A stretch of DNA of 64,000 bases from Abditibacterium sp. GTDB lineage: Bacteria > Armatimonadota > Abditibacteriia > Abditibacteriales > Abditibacteriaceae. A model generated the notes under the pieces. It was not told the DNA's origin. It made no database searches and saw only the letters and a list, made by a program, of their open reading frames with translations. Position numbers and translations under genes: made by a program. The DNA lies in the NCBI GenBank assembly GCA_965199495.1, contig CBDASK010000003.1, forward strand, positions 3,392,001 to 3,456,000. Direction: 5' to 3'. Position 1 is the first letter of the stretch. Each line of letters starts with the position of its first letter. Below are positions 9,273 through 18,979 of this stretch, in pieces.

Positions 9273-10379
9273 ATGAATTCGCAAACTCCGTCCGCCCCAA
9301 ACTCCGACGAATTGGCGCCGTGGCGCGTCAAAATTGACGCCATTGACCAGGAACTATTGCAGCTTTTGCAAAAGCGTGTCGAGTGCGCGCTCGCCGTCGG
9401 CGAAATCAAAAAGCGCAATGGTTGGCCTTTGCACGATCCCGCGCGCGAAAAATTGATCTACGAAAAGCTGCGCGCCCAACAAACCGAAATCGGCGGCGAC
9501 TTGCCCGCTTCGGCCATCACCGCAATTTATCGCGAAATAATTTCGGCCTGCCGCGCCGCCGAACATCCGGTTTCCCTCGCGTTTCTCGGCCCCGCCGGCA
9601 CCAACACGCAAGAAGCCGCCGCGCAGTTTTTCGGCGCCACCGTCGAAGGCTTGCCGTGCGCCAATCCCGACGAAGTCTGCCGCGCCGTGGCTGCGGGTCA
9701 GGTGCAATACGGCGTGCTGGCGATTGAAAACTCGATTCACGGCATGGTTTCGCCCACGCTCGATTTATTGGCCGACGCGCCGCTCGCCATCGTCGCCGAA
9801 GTCGAATTGCTGATTCATCATTGTTTGCTCGCCAACTGCGATTTGGAGCGCATCACGCGCGTCTATTCGCACGAACAGGCGTTGGCGCAGTGCCGTGGCT
9901 GGTTGCAGGCGCACTTGCCCGACGCGACATTAATTCCGGTTCCGTCAACCGCGCGCGGCGCCGAAATCGCCGCGACCGAAAAAGGCGCCGCTTCGATTAG
10001 CGCCGCGATTGCCGCCAACATTTACGGATTGCAAATCGCGGCACGCAACATCGAAGATATGGCGGGCAACAAAACGCGGTTTTGGGTCGTCGGTTCGCCC
10101 GACAAAGCCGCGCCGCCTTCGGGCCACGACAAAACTTCGCTGACTTTTCTCACGCCGCACAAACCGGGCGCTTTGGTCGAAGTTCTGGGCGTTTTCTCGC
10201 GCTACGATGTCAACGTCGCAATGATTCAAAGCCGCCCGTCGCGCCAGGCCGCGTGGGAATATCGCTTTTTCGCCGATTTGGCCGGGCACCGCGACGACGA
10301 TAATCTTAAAAGCGCGTTAGAAGAATTGCGCAATCACACGGTGAGTTACAAAATCATCGGTTCGTATCCCGAAGCGTAA
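9273..10379 (+). CDS. pheA: Bifunctional chorismate mutase/prephenate dehydratase
   Basis: R.KIDAID chorismate mutase domain, FLGPAGT, ENSIHG, SHEQALAQC, NKTRF, ACT domain IQSRP. Confidence 0.96.
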   Translation: MNSQTPSAPNSDELAPWRVKIDAIDQELLQLLQKRVECALAVGEIKKRNGWPLHDPAREKLIYEKLRAQQTEIGGDLPASAITAIYREIISACRAAEHPVSLAFLGPAGTNTQEAAAQFFGATVEGLPCANPDEVCRAVAAGQVQYGVLAIENSIHGMVSPTLDLLADAPLAIVAEVELLIHHCLLANCDLERITRVYSHEQALAQCRGWLQAHLPDATLIPVPSTARGAEIAATEKGAASISAAIAANIYGLQIAARNIEDMAGNKTRFWVVGSPDKAAPPSGHDKTSLTFLTPHKPGALVEVLGVFSRYDVNVAMIQSRPSRQAAWEYRFFADLAGHRDDDNLKSALEELRNHTVSYKIIGSYPEA

Positions 10380-10540
10380 ATACCTTAGCCACAGAGGGCA
10401 CAGAGAACACACAGAGGGACACAGAAAGAACGAAGAATTTAAAATTTGATCGCTCGGATTGTTCTTCGTAATTTTAATCTCTTCGTTCTTTCTGTGTCCC
10501 TCTGTGTGTTCTCTGTGCCCTCTGTGGCTAAGGTATTTAC
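10376..10540. repeat. Palindromic repeat, family B
   Basis: Long near-perfect arms GTAAATACCTTAGCCACAGAGGGCACAGAG.../...CTCTGTGGCTAAGGTATTTAC including the stop codons of both convergent genes. Confidence 0.9.
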
Positions 10541-11292
10541 GATTTACGAGCGCACCACATCACGCCGTTTTTCAACACTTTCTGCACGTTTTCGTTGTGA
10601 AACGTGCCGACGGTTTCGTGGCCGGGCCGAAAGTAAAAGACGCGGCCCGCGCCTTCGCCCTGATTGGCGCCTTTGCCGCCGCCCGATGTAAATTCCGGAT
10701 CAATGCCTTTGCCGACGCTGAGCGTGAAGCCGGACGGGAAATATTCGCCGCCGTGCGGGAAATATGACTGAAAAACCAACGTTTGAAACTCCGGCGCGCC
10801 AAACGGGGCGCCATACATTTCTTCGTTTTCGATGACGAAATCTTCGATGCCTTGAGCAATCGGATGTTTGGGCGCGCAAACGGTGATTTCCTCGCGCTCG
10901 AAACCTTCGATTTCGCGCCAGCCGCCTTTCAAATGGCCGGTCGCGCCGGTCACGGCTTTGTAAGTTTTCGAGTAATGCCCCGAATGCAGCGGCATAAATC
11001 CCAGACCATCTTCGTGAACCGCACGCTTGACGATTTGCGCGGTTTCGTCGCTCACTTCGCCGTGACGCGCGTGGCCCCACCAGATGAGAACATCGTAATT
11101 TTTCAGCTTTTCGGCGGTGATGCCTTGATTTTCGTCGTCCAAATTGGCGACATCGGCCTGGATTTCTCCAGCGCCGAGTTTGTTTAAGGCGTCGGCGATG
11201 GCGCCGTTGAGCGAGGTCGGGTAGGTGGTTTTGTCGGCGTGGCTGGGAGCTTCGTCCCACACCAGAACTTTGACGGGAGTATTTTGTGCCAT
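10537..11292 (-). CDS. ThuA-like (trehalose utilization) domain protein
   Basis: VLVWDE, DVLIWWGHARH, LHSGHYSK, EEMYG, YFRPGHET. Confidence 0.9.
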   Translation of the reverse strand: MAQNTPVKVLVWDEAPSHADKTTYPTSLNGAIADALNKLGAGEIQADVANLDDENQGITAEKLKNYDVLIWWGHARHGEVSDETAQIVKRAVHEDGLGFMPLHSGHYSKTYKAVTGATGHLKGGWREIEGFEREEITVCAPKHPIAQGIEDFVIENEEMYGAPFGAPEFQTLVFQSYFPHGGEYFPSGFTLSVGKGIDPEFTSGGGKGANQGEGAGRVFYFRPGHETVGTFHNENVQKVLKNGVMWCARKS

Positions 11293-11351
11293 AGGAAATT
11301 GTTCGTTTGCGAACAGGCGCAAGTATGCCAAAACTTCTAAGCTATTTCCCT

Positions 11352-12017
11352 GTGAACAATTCTTCCAATGCTTTGCGCGCCGTCATTTTCGATTTCGACG
11401 GCACGTTGCTCGATACTTTTCCCGCGATTTCCGTCGCTTTCAACGCGGCGTTGTCGCCGATATTTAATCGCACTTATTCCGACGCCGAAGTGATTTCGCA
11501 TTTCGGCCCGCCCGACGAAGGCATGATCGCCAACGTGCTGAAAAATCATTCGCGCGCGGAATATGACGCCGCCATCGAACGTTATTTCGCGGCATTTGAA
11601 ATCGCCGACCAACCGATTCAACCGTTCGACGGCATCGTTGATTTGCTCGATGGATTGGCCGCGCGCCAAATTCCGATGGGCATAATGACGGGCAAAGGTC
11701 GCCGCGCCGCCGAACTTACGATTCAGCGTTTGAATTGGCATCCGCGTTTCGGCACCATCGTTACCGGCGATGACGCCGACGCCAAACCGGCGCCCGACGG
11801 GCCGTTGTTGGCGGCGTTCGAGCTAAATATCGCGCCCGAAAATTGCGTTTATGTCGGTGATTCGCCCGCCGACGTGAGTGCAGCCACGGCGGCGGGCATG
11901 AAGTCAGTTGTGGCCGGTTGGCACGGCTTTTTTCACGAAAAACTCAAGCCGATGAATTATGATTTCTGGGCCAATTCGCCCGCCGAGTTGGCGGCGTGGC
12001 TACGCGAGCAATTGTAA
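11352..12017 (+). CDS. HAD-family phosphatase (phosphoglycolate phosphatase-like)
   Basis: FDFDGTLLDT, TGK, KPAPD, VGDSPAD motifs; GTG start uncertain. Confidence 0.9.
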   Translation: MNNSSNALRAVIFDFDGTLLDTFPAISVAFNAALSPIFNRTYSDAEVISHFGPPDEGMIANVLKNHSRAEYDAAIERYFAAFEIADQPIQPFDGIVDLLDGLAARQIPMGIMTGKGRRAAELTIQRLNWHPRFGTIVTGDDADAKPAPDGPLLAAFELNIAPENCVYVGDSPADVSAATAAGMKSVVAGWHGFFHEKLKPMNYDFWANSPAELAAWLREQL

Positions 12018-13477
12018 TGTCTCAACCGCTCATCACCTTGAAAAACGCGCGCGTTGAACTCGATAATCGCGTCATTTTACAAAATCTGAATTGGAGATTA
12101 AACGCGGGCGCGCACGCCGCCGTTATCGGCGCCAATGGGAGCGGGAAGTCCACTTTTTTGCGAATGATCGCCGGGCAAATTTGGCCGCGCCCAACCAAAT
12201 CACGCACTTACGCGTTTGGCGCCGCGCCGACGCATACGCCGCTTTTGGCGCGCGAACGCATCGCGCATCTGTCGCCCGAAATTCAGGAAAAATACGTGCG
12301 CCAAGGTTTAATCGGCGCCGAGGGCGCGCGCGGCTGGGAGTTGACGGCGCGCGAAGTGATTCTCAGCGGTTGGTTCGATTCGGCATTATTGCATCAAACG
12401 CCCGACGAAGCGCAGCAAGCGCGCGCCGACGAGTTATTGGCGCAATTCGATTTGGGCGCGTTGGCCCATCGTTCGTATTCGACTTTGTCGCAGGGACAAC
12501 TGAGACGCGTGTTGCTGGCGCGTGCCCTCGTCAAATCGCCCCAGGTTTTGCTGTTGGACGAAGCGTGTAGCGGCTTAGATTTTCGCGCGCGCGGCGCCTT
12601 GTTGGAACACATCGAAACGTTGGCGCGAAGCGAACAAACCACGTTAGTGATGACGACGCATCGCGCCGACGAATTGGTGCCTTCGATTGGCGCGATTTGG
12701 GAAATGCGTGCTGCGACAATTGGGCGCGTTGTGGCGGCGGGACTTGCGCCCTCTTCCAAACGGCTTGCGAAGCGAAAACCGCGTTTGGAAGAGGGCGCAA
12801 GCCCCGCTCCTTCGTCTGACGCAAAGCCGCTCCTCCAACTGCGCAATGCCGCCGTCACCATCGAAGGCAACGCGATTATCCCGCCGCTCGATTGGGCGTG
12901 GCTGCCCGGCCAGCATTGGGTTTTTAGCGGCGATAACGGCAGCGGCAAATCCACGTTTATGCGCTTATTGCGCGGCCAAATCGCGCCCGCGTGGGGCGGA
13001 ACTGTCGAACGATTCGGCTCCGACAAACGTCGCTCGCTCGAAGCAATCGGGCGCGACATCGCGTTATTGTCACCCCAGATTCAGGCGCGTTTCGGCGACG
13101 AAATGCCTGTCGAAGACGCCATCGGCAGCGGCTTTCTCGATGCTTTTGAACTGTGGCGCGCCTTGACCGACGAAGAAAAATCGCGCGTTGACAAAATCAT
13201 AATCGCTCTCGAATTGGGCGATTTGCGCGGGCGCACTTTCGGCAAGCTCAGTTACGGCCAAACGCGCCGCGTGTTGCTGGCGTGCGCGCTCGTTGTGTCG
13301 CCGAAAATCGTTTTGCTCGACGAAGCTCTCGACGGCCTCGATGCAGCCACGCGGGCGCGCATGAGCGAATTGTTGGGCGCAATGGCGCAGAGCGGAACGC
13401 ATTTCGCGTTCGCCTCGCATCACGCGGCGGATTTTCCCGATTGGGTCACGAATGAGTTAAAGTTTCCGATTGCGTAA
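12017..13477 (+). CDS. Duplicated ABC ATPase (ModF-like)
   Basis: Two Walker A (GANGSGKST, GDNGSGKST), signature (LSQGQ, LSYGQ) and LLDE motifs. Confidence 0.9.
   Translation: MSQPLITLKNARVELDNRVILQNLNWRLNAGAHAAVIGANGSGKSTFLRMIAGQIWPRPTKSRTYAFGAAPTHTPLLARERIAHLSPEIQEKYVRQGLIGAEGARGWELTAREVILSGWFDSALLHQTPDEAQQARADELLAQFDLGALAHRSYSTLSQGQLRRVLLARALVKSPQVLLLDEACSGLDFRARGALLEHIETLARSEQTTLVMTTHRADELVPSIGAIWEMRAATIGRVVAAGLAPSSKRLAKRKPRLEEGASPAPSSDAKPLLQLRNAAVTIEGNAIIPPLDWAWLPGQHWVFSGDNGSGKSTFMRLLRGQIAPAWGGTVERFGSDKRRSLEAIGRDIALLSPQIQARFGDEMPVEDAIGSGFLDAFELWRALTDEEKSRVDKIIIALELGDLRGRTFGKLSYGQTRRVLLACALVVSPKIVLLDEALDGLDAATRARMSELLGAMAQSGTHFAFASHHAADFPDWVTNELKFPIA
12737..12807. repeat. Family D palindrome embedded in frame in the ABC ATPase linker
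   Basis: GCGGGACTTGCGCCCTCTTCCAAAC...GTTTGGAAGAGGGCGCAAGCCCCGC, same arms as the intergenic copies at 7996 and 49678. Confidence 0.85.
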
Positions 13478-13491
13478 GAATTAAACTTGCA

Positions 13492-13611
13492 CCCGTAGGG
13501 TCAAAACATGTTTTGACCGCGCCGAAACCTTCGCAATTCCGGCTTTCGCAATTCCGGCTTTCGCGACGCGGAATTTTGCGACGCGGTCAAAACATGTTTT
13601 GACCCTACGGG
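13492..13611. repeat. REP-like inverted repeat, family E (GTAGGGTCAAAACATGTTTTGACC)
   Basis: GTAG-headed hairpin units in inverted orientation; the spacer has a 15-bp tandem duplication TTCGCAATTCCGGCT. Confidence 0.85.
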
Positions 13612-13679
13612 CGCGCGGCTTAGCTGACGTTCGTCTCTGGAATTTGGCAACTGGCCAAAATCGCGAAACAGAACTTTCG

Positions 13680-15299
13680 ATGACCGCTTTTGCCGATGCC
13701 GAATATCTGCGCGAACAACGTCGTTTTCGCCGCCTCGAAGTTTCGTTGCCGGTTTGGATTTCGACGGCGCAGGCGTTGGCCGAGGGCCACGAAATTTGGG
13801 AGCTGGGCTACACGCGCGATATTTCGTTGGGCGGTGCCAAAATTGTGGTGCCGCCGGGCGAAGAAACGCAGTGGCGCGCCGCCGCCCGCACGGGCACGCC
13901 GATTGTGGTACGTTTTGCCGACGATAATGCCGCCGATTCGATGATTTCGGCGTGGGCGCGCCATGTCGAAATCGGCAAAAACGATTTGTTGCTCGGCGTG
14001 CAGTTCGATGCAGCCACAGCGCGTGCGGCGCGCGAAAACGCGCTCAAACGCGGGTTCGCCACGCTGAAAAATCGGCGCAAATGGCAGGGCGCCTTCGCCG
14101 TGGCTGCTGCGCTGGCGCTGGCGGCGATTTTCGCCGTTCAGGGTTTGCGCGCCGATTTGCTCAAGCGCGACGCCAAAATCAAAACGTTGATTGCGCAGCA
14201 AAATCAGGCGCGCGCCCAACTCGCGGTTTTGTCGAAGCCAATGCTGGCCGTCACCAAATCGCAGGGCATTGACCGCGAATTCGCGCGCCAACAAGTGCAA
14301 ACTCGGCTCGAAGATTTGAAGGCGAACATGGCGCGACTGAATGATCCGACGAATATGAAAGTCGCTATCGCGGAGCGCCAAAAGGGCGCGCAAAAATTGG
14401 GTTTGAGTTTGCAGCCATCCTCGAATAAGGCGCGCGTGCAACTGGCGGTCGCGTTTCCCTACGGCTACAATTGGCCGCTCGTCGTCGGCGATTTGGAAGC
14501 CGCTTTAAATCGCAAAATTCCGCAAGTCGTGACGTTTCAGGATTGGAGCGCGCCGTTTCCCGATTTGGATGCGCGCGAGGCGCGGGCGCGCGGCAAAACG
14601 CTGCAAATTACGTGGGAGCCGTGGCATTTCGCCGACCCGAACGCGGTGAAATTGAACGATATTATCGCGGGAAAATATGACAAATACATTGATAGTTGGG
14701 CGAACGGCGCGCGCAGTTTCGGCGGCGAAATCTGGATTCGCTGGGGCCACGAAATGAACGGTAACTGGTATCCGTGGAGTTTGGGCCAAAACGGCGGCGA
14801 CGCGCAAACTTACGTTCGTGCTTATCGCCATATTCACGACCGTTTTCGCCGCGCGGGCGCTTCCAACGTGCGCTGGGTCTGGTGTTTCAACGCCGAAAGC
14901 GTGCCCGACGTGAGCTGGAACGACCCGGCCAAGGCTTATCCCGGCGACGCTTACGTGGACGCCGTGGCTGTTGATGGCTATAACTTCGGGACGACGACGG
15001 CGCATTCGCGCTGGCAAAGTTTTGAAGAGATTTTCGCGCGTCCGGTTGCCCTCGCAACCAAAAATTGGCCGACCAAACCACTGTGGATCGGCGAAACCGG
15101 TTGCGCCACAACCGGCGGCGACAAAGTGAAATGGTTGGGCGCGATGGATGCCGCGTTGCGCGGGCCGTTCAATCGCGTCGAAAGCGTGACGTGGTTCGAG
15201 GCCGCCAAAGAGGCCGATTGGCGTGTGATGTCGTCGGTGCAAAGCGCCAAAACCGCGCGCCAAATTTGGAACGAGGATTATTATCGGCGCGGCGAGTAG
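13680..15299 (+). CDS. PilZ domain-transmembrane-coiled coil-GH26 glycoside hydrolase fusion
   Basis: QRRFRR and DISLGG PilZ motifs; hydrophobic segment GAFAVAAALALAAIFAV; GH26 motifs ITWEPW, IRWGHEMNGNWYPW, YPGDAYVD, WIGETG. Confidence 0.85.
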   Translation: MTAFADAEYLREQRRFRRLEVSLPVWISTAQALAEGHEIWELGYTRDISLGGAKIVVPPGEETQWRAAARTGTPIVVRFADDNAADSMISAWARHVEIGKNDLLLGVQFDAATARAARENALKRGFATLKNRRKWQGAFAVAAALALAAIFAVQGLRADLLKRDAKIKTLIAQQNQARAQLAVLSKPMLAVTKSQGIDREFARQQVQTRLEDLKANMARLNDPTNMKVAIAERQKGAQKLGLSLQPSSNKARVQLAVAFPYGYNWPLVVGDLEAALNRKIPQVVTFQDWSAPFPDLDAREARARGKTLQITWEPWHFADPNAVKLNDIIAGKYDKYIDSWANGARSFGGEIWIRWGHEMNGNWYPWSLGQNGGDAQTYVRAYRHIHDRFRRAGASNVRWVWCFNAESVPDVSWNDPAKAYPGDAYVDAVAVDGYNFGTTTAHSRWQSFEEIFARPVALATKNWPTKPLWIGETGCATTGGDKVKWLGAMDAALRGPFNRVESVTWFEAAKEADWRVMSSVQSAKTARQIWNEDYYRRGE

Positions 15300-15305
15300 G
15301 GATTC

Positions 15306-17522
15306 TCAACGCGAATTCATGCGTTTAATCAATTTGTCGCGCGTTTGCCGCGCCCACTCGATGTCGAGTAGATTGCCTTCGACTTCCAATATTTCGAGGG
15401 CGCTTTCGATGCACGCGAGCGCCGCTGGATAATCGCCAGATTCACGCAGTGCCAACGCTTTTTGGTGCAAGGTATGGGCGCGCTCGTGGGCGTCGTCGTC
15501 GCGCGAGAAGACGGAAAGCGCGTTATCGTAACACGCGATTTCTTCGCGCAACCGAGCAGCCACGTCGAAGTCGTCGGCTTCCGACAACGCGTAAGCGATG
15601 CTGTTTTGCGTCCGCGCCCAATCGTAAGGATAAGCGGCCAGCGTCAGAACTTCGAGCGCGTCGTCGTAACATTGCAGCGCCGCGCGCGCGTTGGCCGCGT
15701 GGTCGCCCGTCTCCAAATCCATCAGTGCATCGCCTTTATTACGCCGTGTGAATGCCCAGTAAATCGGATGTGATTGGCGCGTGAAAACCGTCAGCGCCGC
15801 GTCGTAAGACGCGATGGCTTCGTCTAAATCGCCCGTGCCCTCTTCTTCATAGAGATCGTTGATGGCGCGCGCCCGATTTTTGTGCGCTTTGGCCCATTCA
15901 TCCGGGGCAGAATCGCGCGAGTAAACGCTCAACGAGTCATCGTAACAGGCGATGGCCGCGCGCAGATTGGCGGCGCGCGTGCCGTCGAACAGTTCGCGCA
16001 AAGCGTCGCCCGTTGAGGCGCGCGAACTCGCCCAATTACTGGGGTCGGAATCGCGCGTATAAATCTGTTGAGCCAACTCGAAACACTTGATGGCCGCGCG
16101 CAAATTGGCGGTATGATCGCCGTCGGTGGACATTTTCAAAACCAGACCTTTCAAGTTCTGGTTGAAAGCCCAATCTTGTGGATGTAGAGCGCGGGTGCAA
16201 ACCGAAAGCGCCGCGTCGTGACAGGCGAGCGATTGGCGGAAAAACTCGTCTTTCTCGGCTTTATCGTCGTCGCGAAATCGCGTCAGTTGGACCAACGCGT
16301 AAGCCTTTTCGTTCTGACACTGCGCCCACAGAATCGCCCAACTTTGTTTGCTCCAAATACCAATCGCCGCATCGAAACAAATCAGCGCGGCCCGAATGTT
16401 GGCTTCGCGCGCGCCGTCGTCCAATCTACACAGAGCGCACGCTTTGTTGTATTGGATCTTGCCCCACTGCTCCGCGTTGGCGGGCGCCAGAAATTCCAAA
16501 ACTTCGTCGCAACGCGCGATGGCGGCGCGCAAATGAACGGCGCGATTGCCGTCACCATCGTCCAAATTGAGCAGCGCGGTCGAGAGATTAACGTGCGTGC
16601 CCGCCCAATCGTCGAGGTGACTTTCGCGCGTGCGGACTTGCAGTGCCAACTCGTAACATTCTATGGCTCGCCGAATATTGGCGGCATCGTTCCCGCCGAG
16701 ATGGCGCCATGCGGTGCCATTGTTATTGTGCGTCAGCGCCCAATCTATCGGGTTGGCTTCGCGCGTCCAAATCGTCAAGGCCACCTCGAAACATGCGATG
16801 GCAAGGCGCAAATTGGCGTCGTTATCTTCCCAACTCGCCAGAGTTTTCCACGCGATGCCTTTGTCGTTATGCAACCCGGCCCAAGAGTCCGGATAATCCT
16901 CGCGCGTGAAAAACAACAACGCGGCATCGTAAGCGTCGTGGGCCGCGCGTATATTTTCGGGTTGCTTGCCGTCTTGCATTTCATCGAGAATGCTGGCGAG
17001 ATGCCATTGGTTGAGCGCCCAATCATAGGGAAATGCGTCGGGCGTGTGAACCGTCAGCGCCGCATTGATACATTCCAGCGCCAATTGATATTGCGCTAAC
17101 CCCGCTTCTTCGCCCAAATCGCGATGGGCCAGACATTTCAAAGACTGCGTTTCGGCCCACTCACGCGGATGTTTCTCGCGCGTCAAAATCGTCAACGCCG
17201 TTTGATGGCATTCGATAACTTCGTTTAAATCGCCCACGCGTTGCTTGAACCAGAGCGCGTGCAAAGCGGCGCCTTTGGCTTTGTGCAAACGCGCCCATCT
17301 CAGCGGCGCCGTTTCCAACGTAAAAACTGCCAACGCCGCATCGAAACACGCAATGGCCGCGTTCAAGTTGGCAGCGTTGTCGCCATCGGCGTCGCGCAAG
17401 AGAAAGAGCGCATCGCCCTTTTTCCATTGCAACGTCGCCCGCCTTTGCGGCGACGTGGCTGCTATCAGCGCGTCGTCGTAGTTCGCGATGTCGGCGCGCA
17501 AATTTTCGTCGTCTTGAATCAT
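15306..17522 (-). CDS. Tetratricopeptide-like repeat protein
   Basis: Many repeats of about 46 aa of the type ANLRAAIACYDAALxVxTRExxPxxWA. Confidence 0.9.
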   Translation of the reverse strand: MIQDDENLRADIANYDDALIAATSPQRRATLQWKKGDALFLLRDADGDNAANLNAAIACFDAALAVFTLETAPLRWARLHKAKGAALHALWFKQRVGDLNEVIECHQTALTILTREKHPREWAETQSLKCLAHRDLGEEAGLAQYQLALECINAALTVHTPDAFPYDWALNQWHLASILDEMQDGKQPENIRAAHDAYDAALLFFTREDYPDSWAGLHNDKGIAWKTLASWEDNDANLRLAIACFEVALTIWTREANPIDWALTHNNNGTAWRHLGGNDAANIRRAIECYELALQVRTRESHLDDWAGTHVNLSTALLNLDDGDGNRAVHLRAAIARCDEVLEFLAPANAEQWGKIQYNKACALCRLDDGAREANIRAALICFDAAIGIWSKQSWAILWAQCQNEKAYALVQLTRFRDDDKAEKDEFFRQSLACHDAALSVCTRALHPQDWAFNQNLKGLVLKMSTDGDHTANLRAAIKCFELAQQIYTRDSDPSNWASSRASTGDALRELFDGTRAANLRAAIACYDDSLSVYSRDSAPDEWAKAHKNRARAINDLYEEEGTGDLDEAIASYDAALTVFTRQSHPIYWAFTRRNKGDALMDLETGDHAANARAALQCYDDALEVLTLAAYPYDWARTQNSIAYALSEADDFDVAARLREEIACYDNALSVFSRDDDAHERAHTLHQKALALRESGDYPAALACIESALEILEVEGNLLDIEWARQTRDKLIKRMNSR

Positions 17523-17553
17523 AATTGCAGCATCCCCGAAACGCGCGCGTGTT

Positions 17554-17778
17554 TCATTTTTTCAAAATTTCTCTGAGGCGCGCCGCATCGCCGGTTAATT
17601 GGATATTGCCGCAATCGAGACAAATCGCGGCTTCGACATTGATAGTGACATTGCCAAAAAATAAAGGCGCGGGAGACGGGGCACTGAAAGGCCGAAAAGT
17701 AACTTTTCTTTGTCCGATGAGGTCGCCCGCTTCCAGATGGGAGCCACCGCAACGCGCGCAGGTTGAATTGAGTTCCAT
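17554..17778 (-). CDS. Small zinc-ribbon protein
   Basis: 74 aa with CARC and CLDCG pairs. Confidence 0.65.
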   Translation of the reverse strand: MELNSTCARCGGSHLEAGDLIGQRKVTFRPFSAPSPAPLFFGNVTINVEAAICLDCGNIQLTGDAARLREILKK

Positions 17779-17870
17779 TGCGCGTCAAAGTTTACGGTTT
17801 CACTGCACCAAACGCGAAAGTTCGCTAATCTTTAATGCGCTCCGACGCGTTCGCGTTTGTTCTCTTTTCG

Positions 17871-18785
17871 ATGAAGATTATTTCGCCGTATTCGTTCTAT
17901 TCCTGCGCCGCACACGACGAAGTTTTGGCCCAGTGGAACAAACGATCGGGCGAAAATTCGCCTTTGACGCTCGATTTGTCGAGCGCCGTGCAGATTGACC
18001 CTTATGGCATCGTCGCGTTGACGCTGTTTCTCAATCATCTGCCCGCTTCGGCGTTGCCGGTTAAATTGGTGCTCGACGGTTTTCCGCCGCCGGGCAAGCG
18101 CGATGCGCCGTCGGATAATCCGGTCGTCGAATATATGACGCGCATCGGGTTTTGGGAGGAAGTCGGCGCGCGTCTGGATATTCCCGAAAAGCGTCTGCCT
18201 GTCCGTCCGCACTGGACGGAAGACAACGGCGTTTTGATCGACATCACGGTTTTGCATGGCCGCGATGCCATCAACGTGATGTTGCGCAAAACCGGCGAAA
18301 TTTTGCGCAATCTGCATTTTACGCCGATTGGGCGCGGCCACGTCATGGAAGTTTTGTCCGAGCTTTCGTCCAACGTTTTAGATCACGCCCAATCGGATTA
18401 TGGCGGCGTCGTCGTCACGCAAACCTATCGTTCTGCGCGCAGTGGCACGCGCTACTTGGTGATGTCCATCGGCGATATGGGCATCGGCGTGCGCGCCTCG
18501 ATTGCGGGCAACGAAAAGTTGCAGGGCCGCTTGGACAGCGACGGTCAGGCGTTGGGCATCGCGATTCAATCGGGCAATTCGCGCTTCGAGACCGGCGGGC
18601 GCGGCGGCGGATTGCCGCGCGTGATGGAAATCGCGCGGCGCTACGGCGGCAGCGTGGCTCTGCGCAGTGGAACCGGCGGTCTGTCGTTTCGCGGCGAAGA
18701 CGAAGCGCGCCGCGTCTTCGATACCGCGCCGCAAGTCGGCACGCAGTTAAGGATTATGTTGCCGGAGAATAAGTTGGTGGAGTAG
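17871..18785 (+). CDS. STAS-like plus HATPase (anti-sigma kinase-like) ATP-binding protein
   Basis: N-terminal LDLSSAVQIDPYG; GHKL motifs ELSSNVLDHA, DMGIG, GGGL, GTQL; no His-phosphoacceptor domain seen. Confidence 0.8.
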   Translation: MKIISPYSFYSCAAHDEVLAQWNKRSGENSPLTLDLSSAVQIDPYGIVALTLFLNHLPASALPVKLVLDGFPPPGKRDAPSDNPVVEYMTRIGFWEEVGARLDIPEKRLPVRPHWTEDNGVLIDITVLHGRDAINVMLRKTGEILRNLHFTPIGRGHVMEVLSELSSNVLDHAQSDYGGVVVTQTYRSARSGTRYLVMSIGDMGIGVRASIAGNEKLQGRLDSDGQALGIAIQSGNSRFETGGRGGGLPRVMEIARRYGGSVALRSGTGGLSFRGEDEARRVFDTAPQVGTQLRIMLPENKLVE

Positions 18786-18817
18786 AAAAGCCTGCTCGAT
18801 TGTCAATTTCGCCCTCA

Positions 18818-18947
18818 TTGTCATTCTGAGCGGAGTGAGGGACGAACGAAGTCGAAGAATCCACAAGTTGCGCGTTGACTTGGCTTGTGTCTCGTCCAGA
18901 GTTGTGGATTCTTCGACTTCGTTCGTGCCTCTCCGCTCAGAATGACA
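18818..18947. repeat. Palindromic repeat, family C (TGTCATTCTGAGCG...GAAGAATCCAC)
   Basis: Inverted arms; related copies at 28102-28232, 50943-51088 and a fragment at 7881. Confidence 0.85.
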
Positions 18948-18979
18948 GTAAAGGAAGGCGGAATTCCGCGCTTTCAAAC

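Noticed and set aside
13599..13679. N-terminal extension of the PilZ-GH26 protein
   Set aside because: TTG start lies inside the family E repeat; ATG at 13680 fits better
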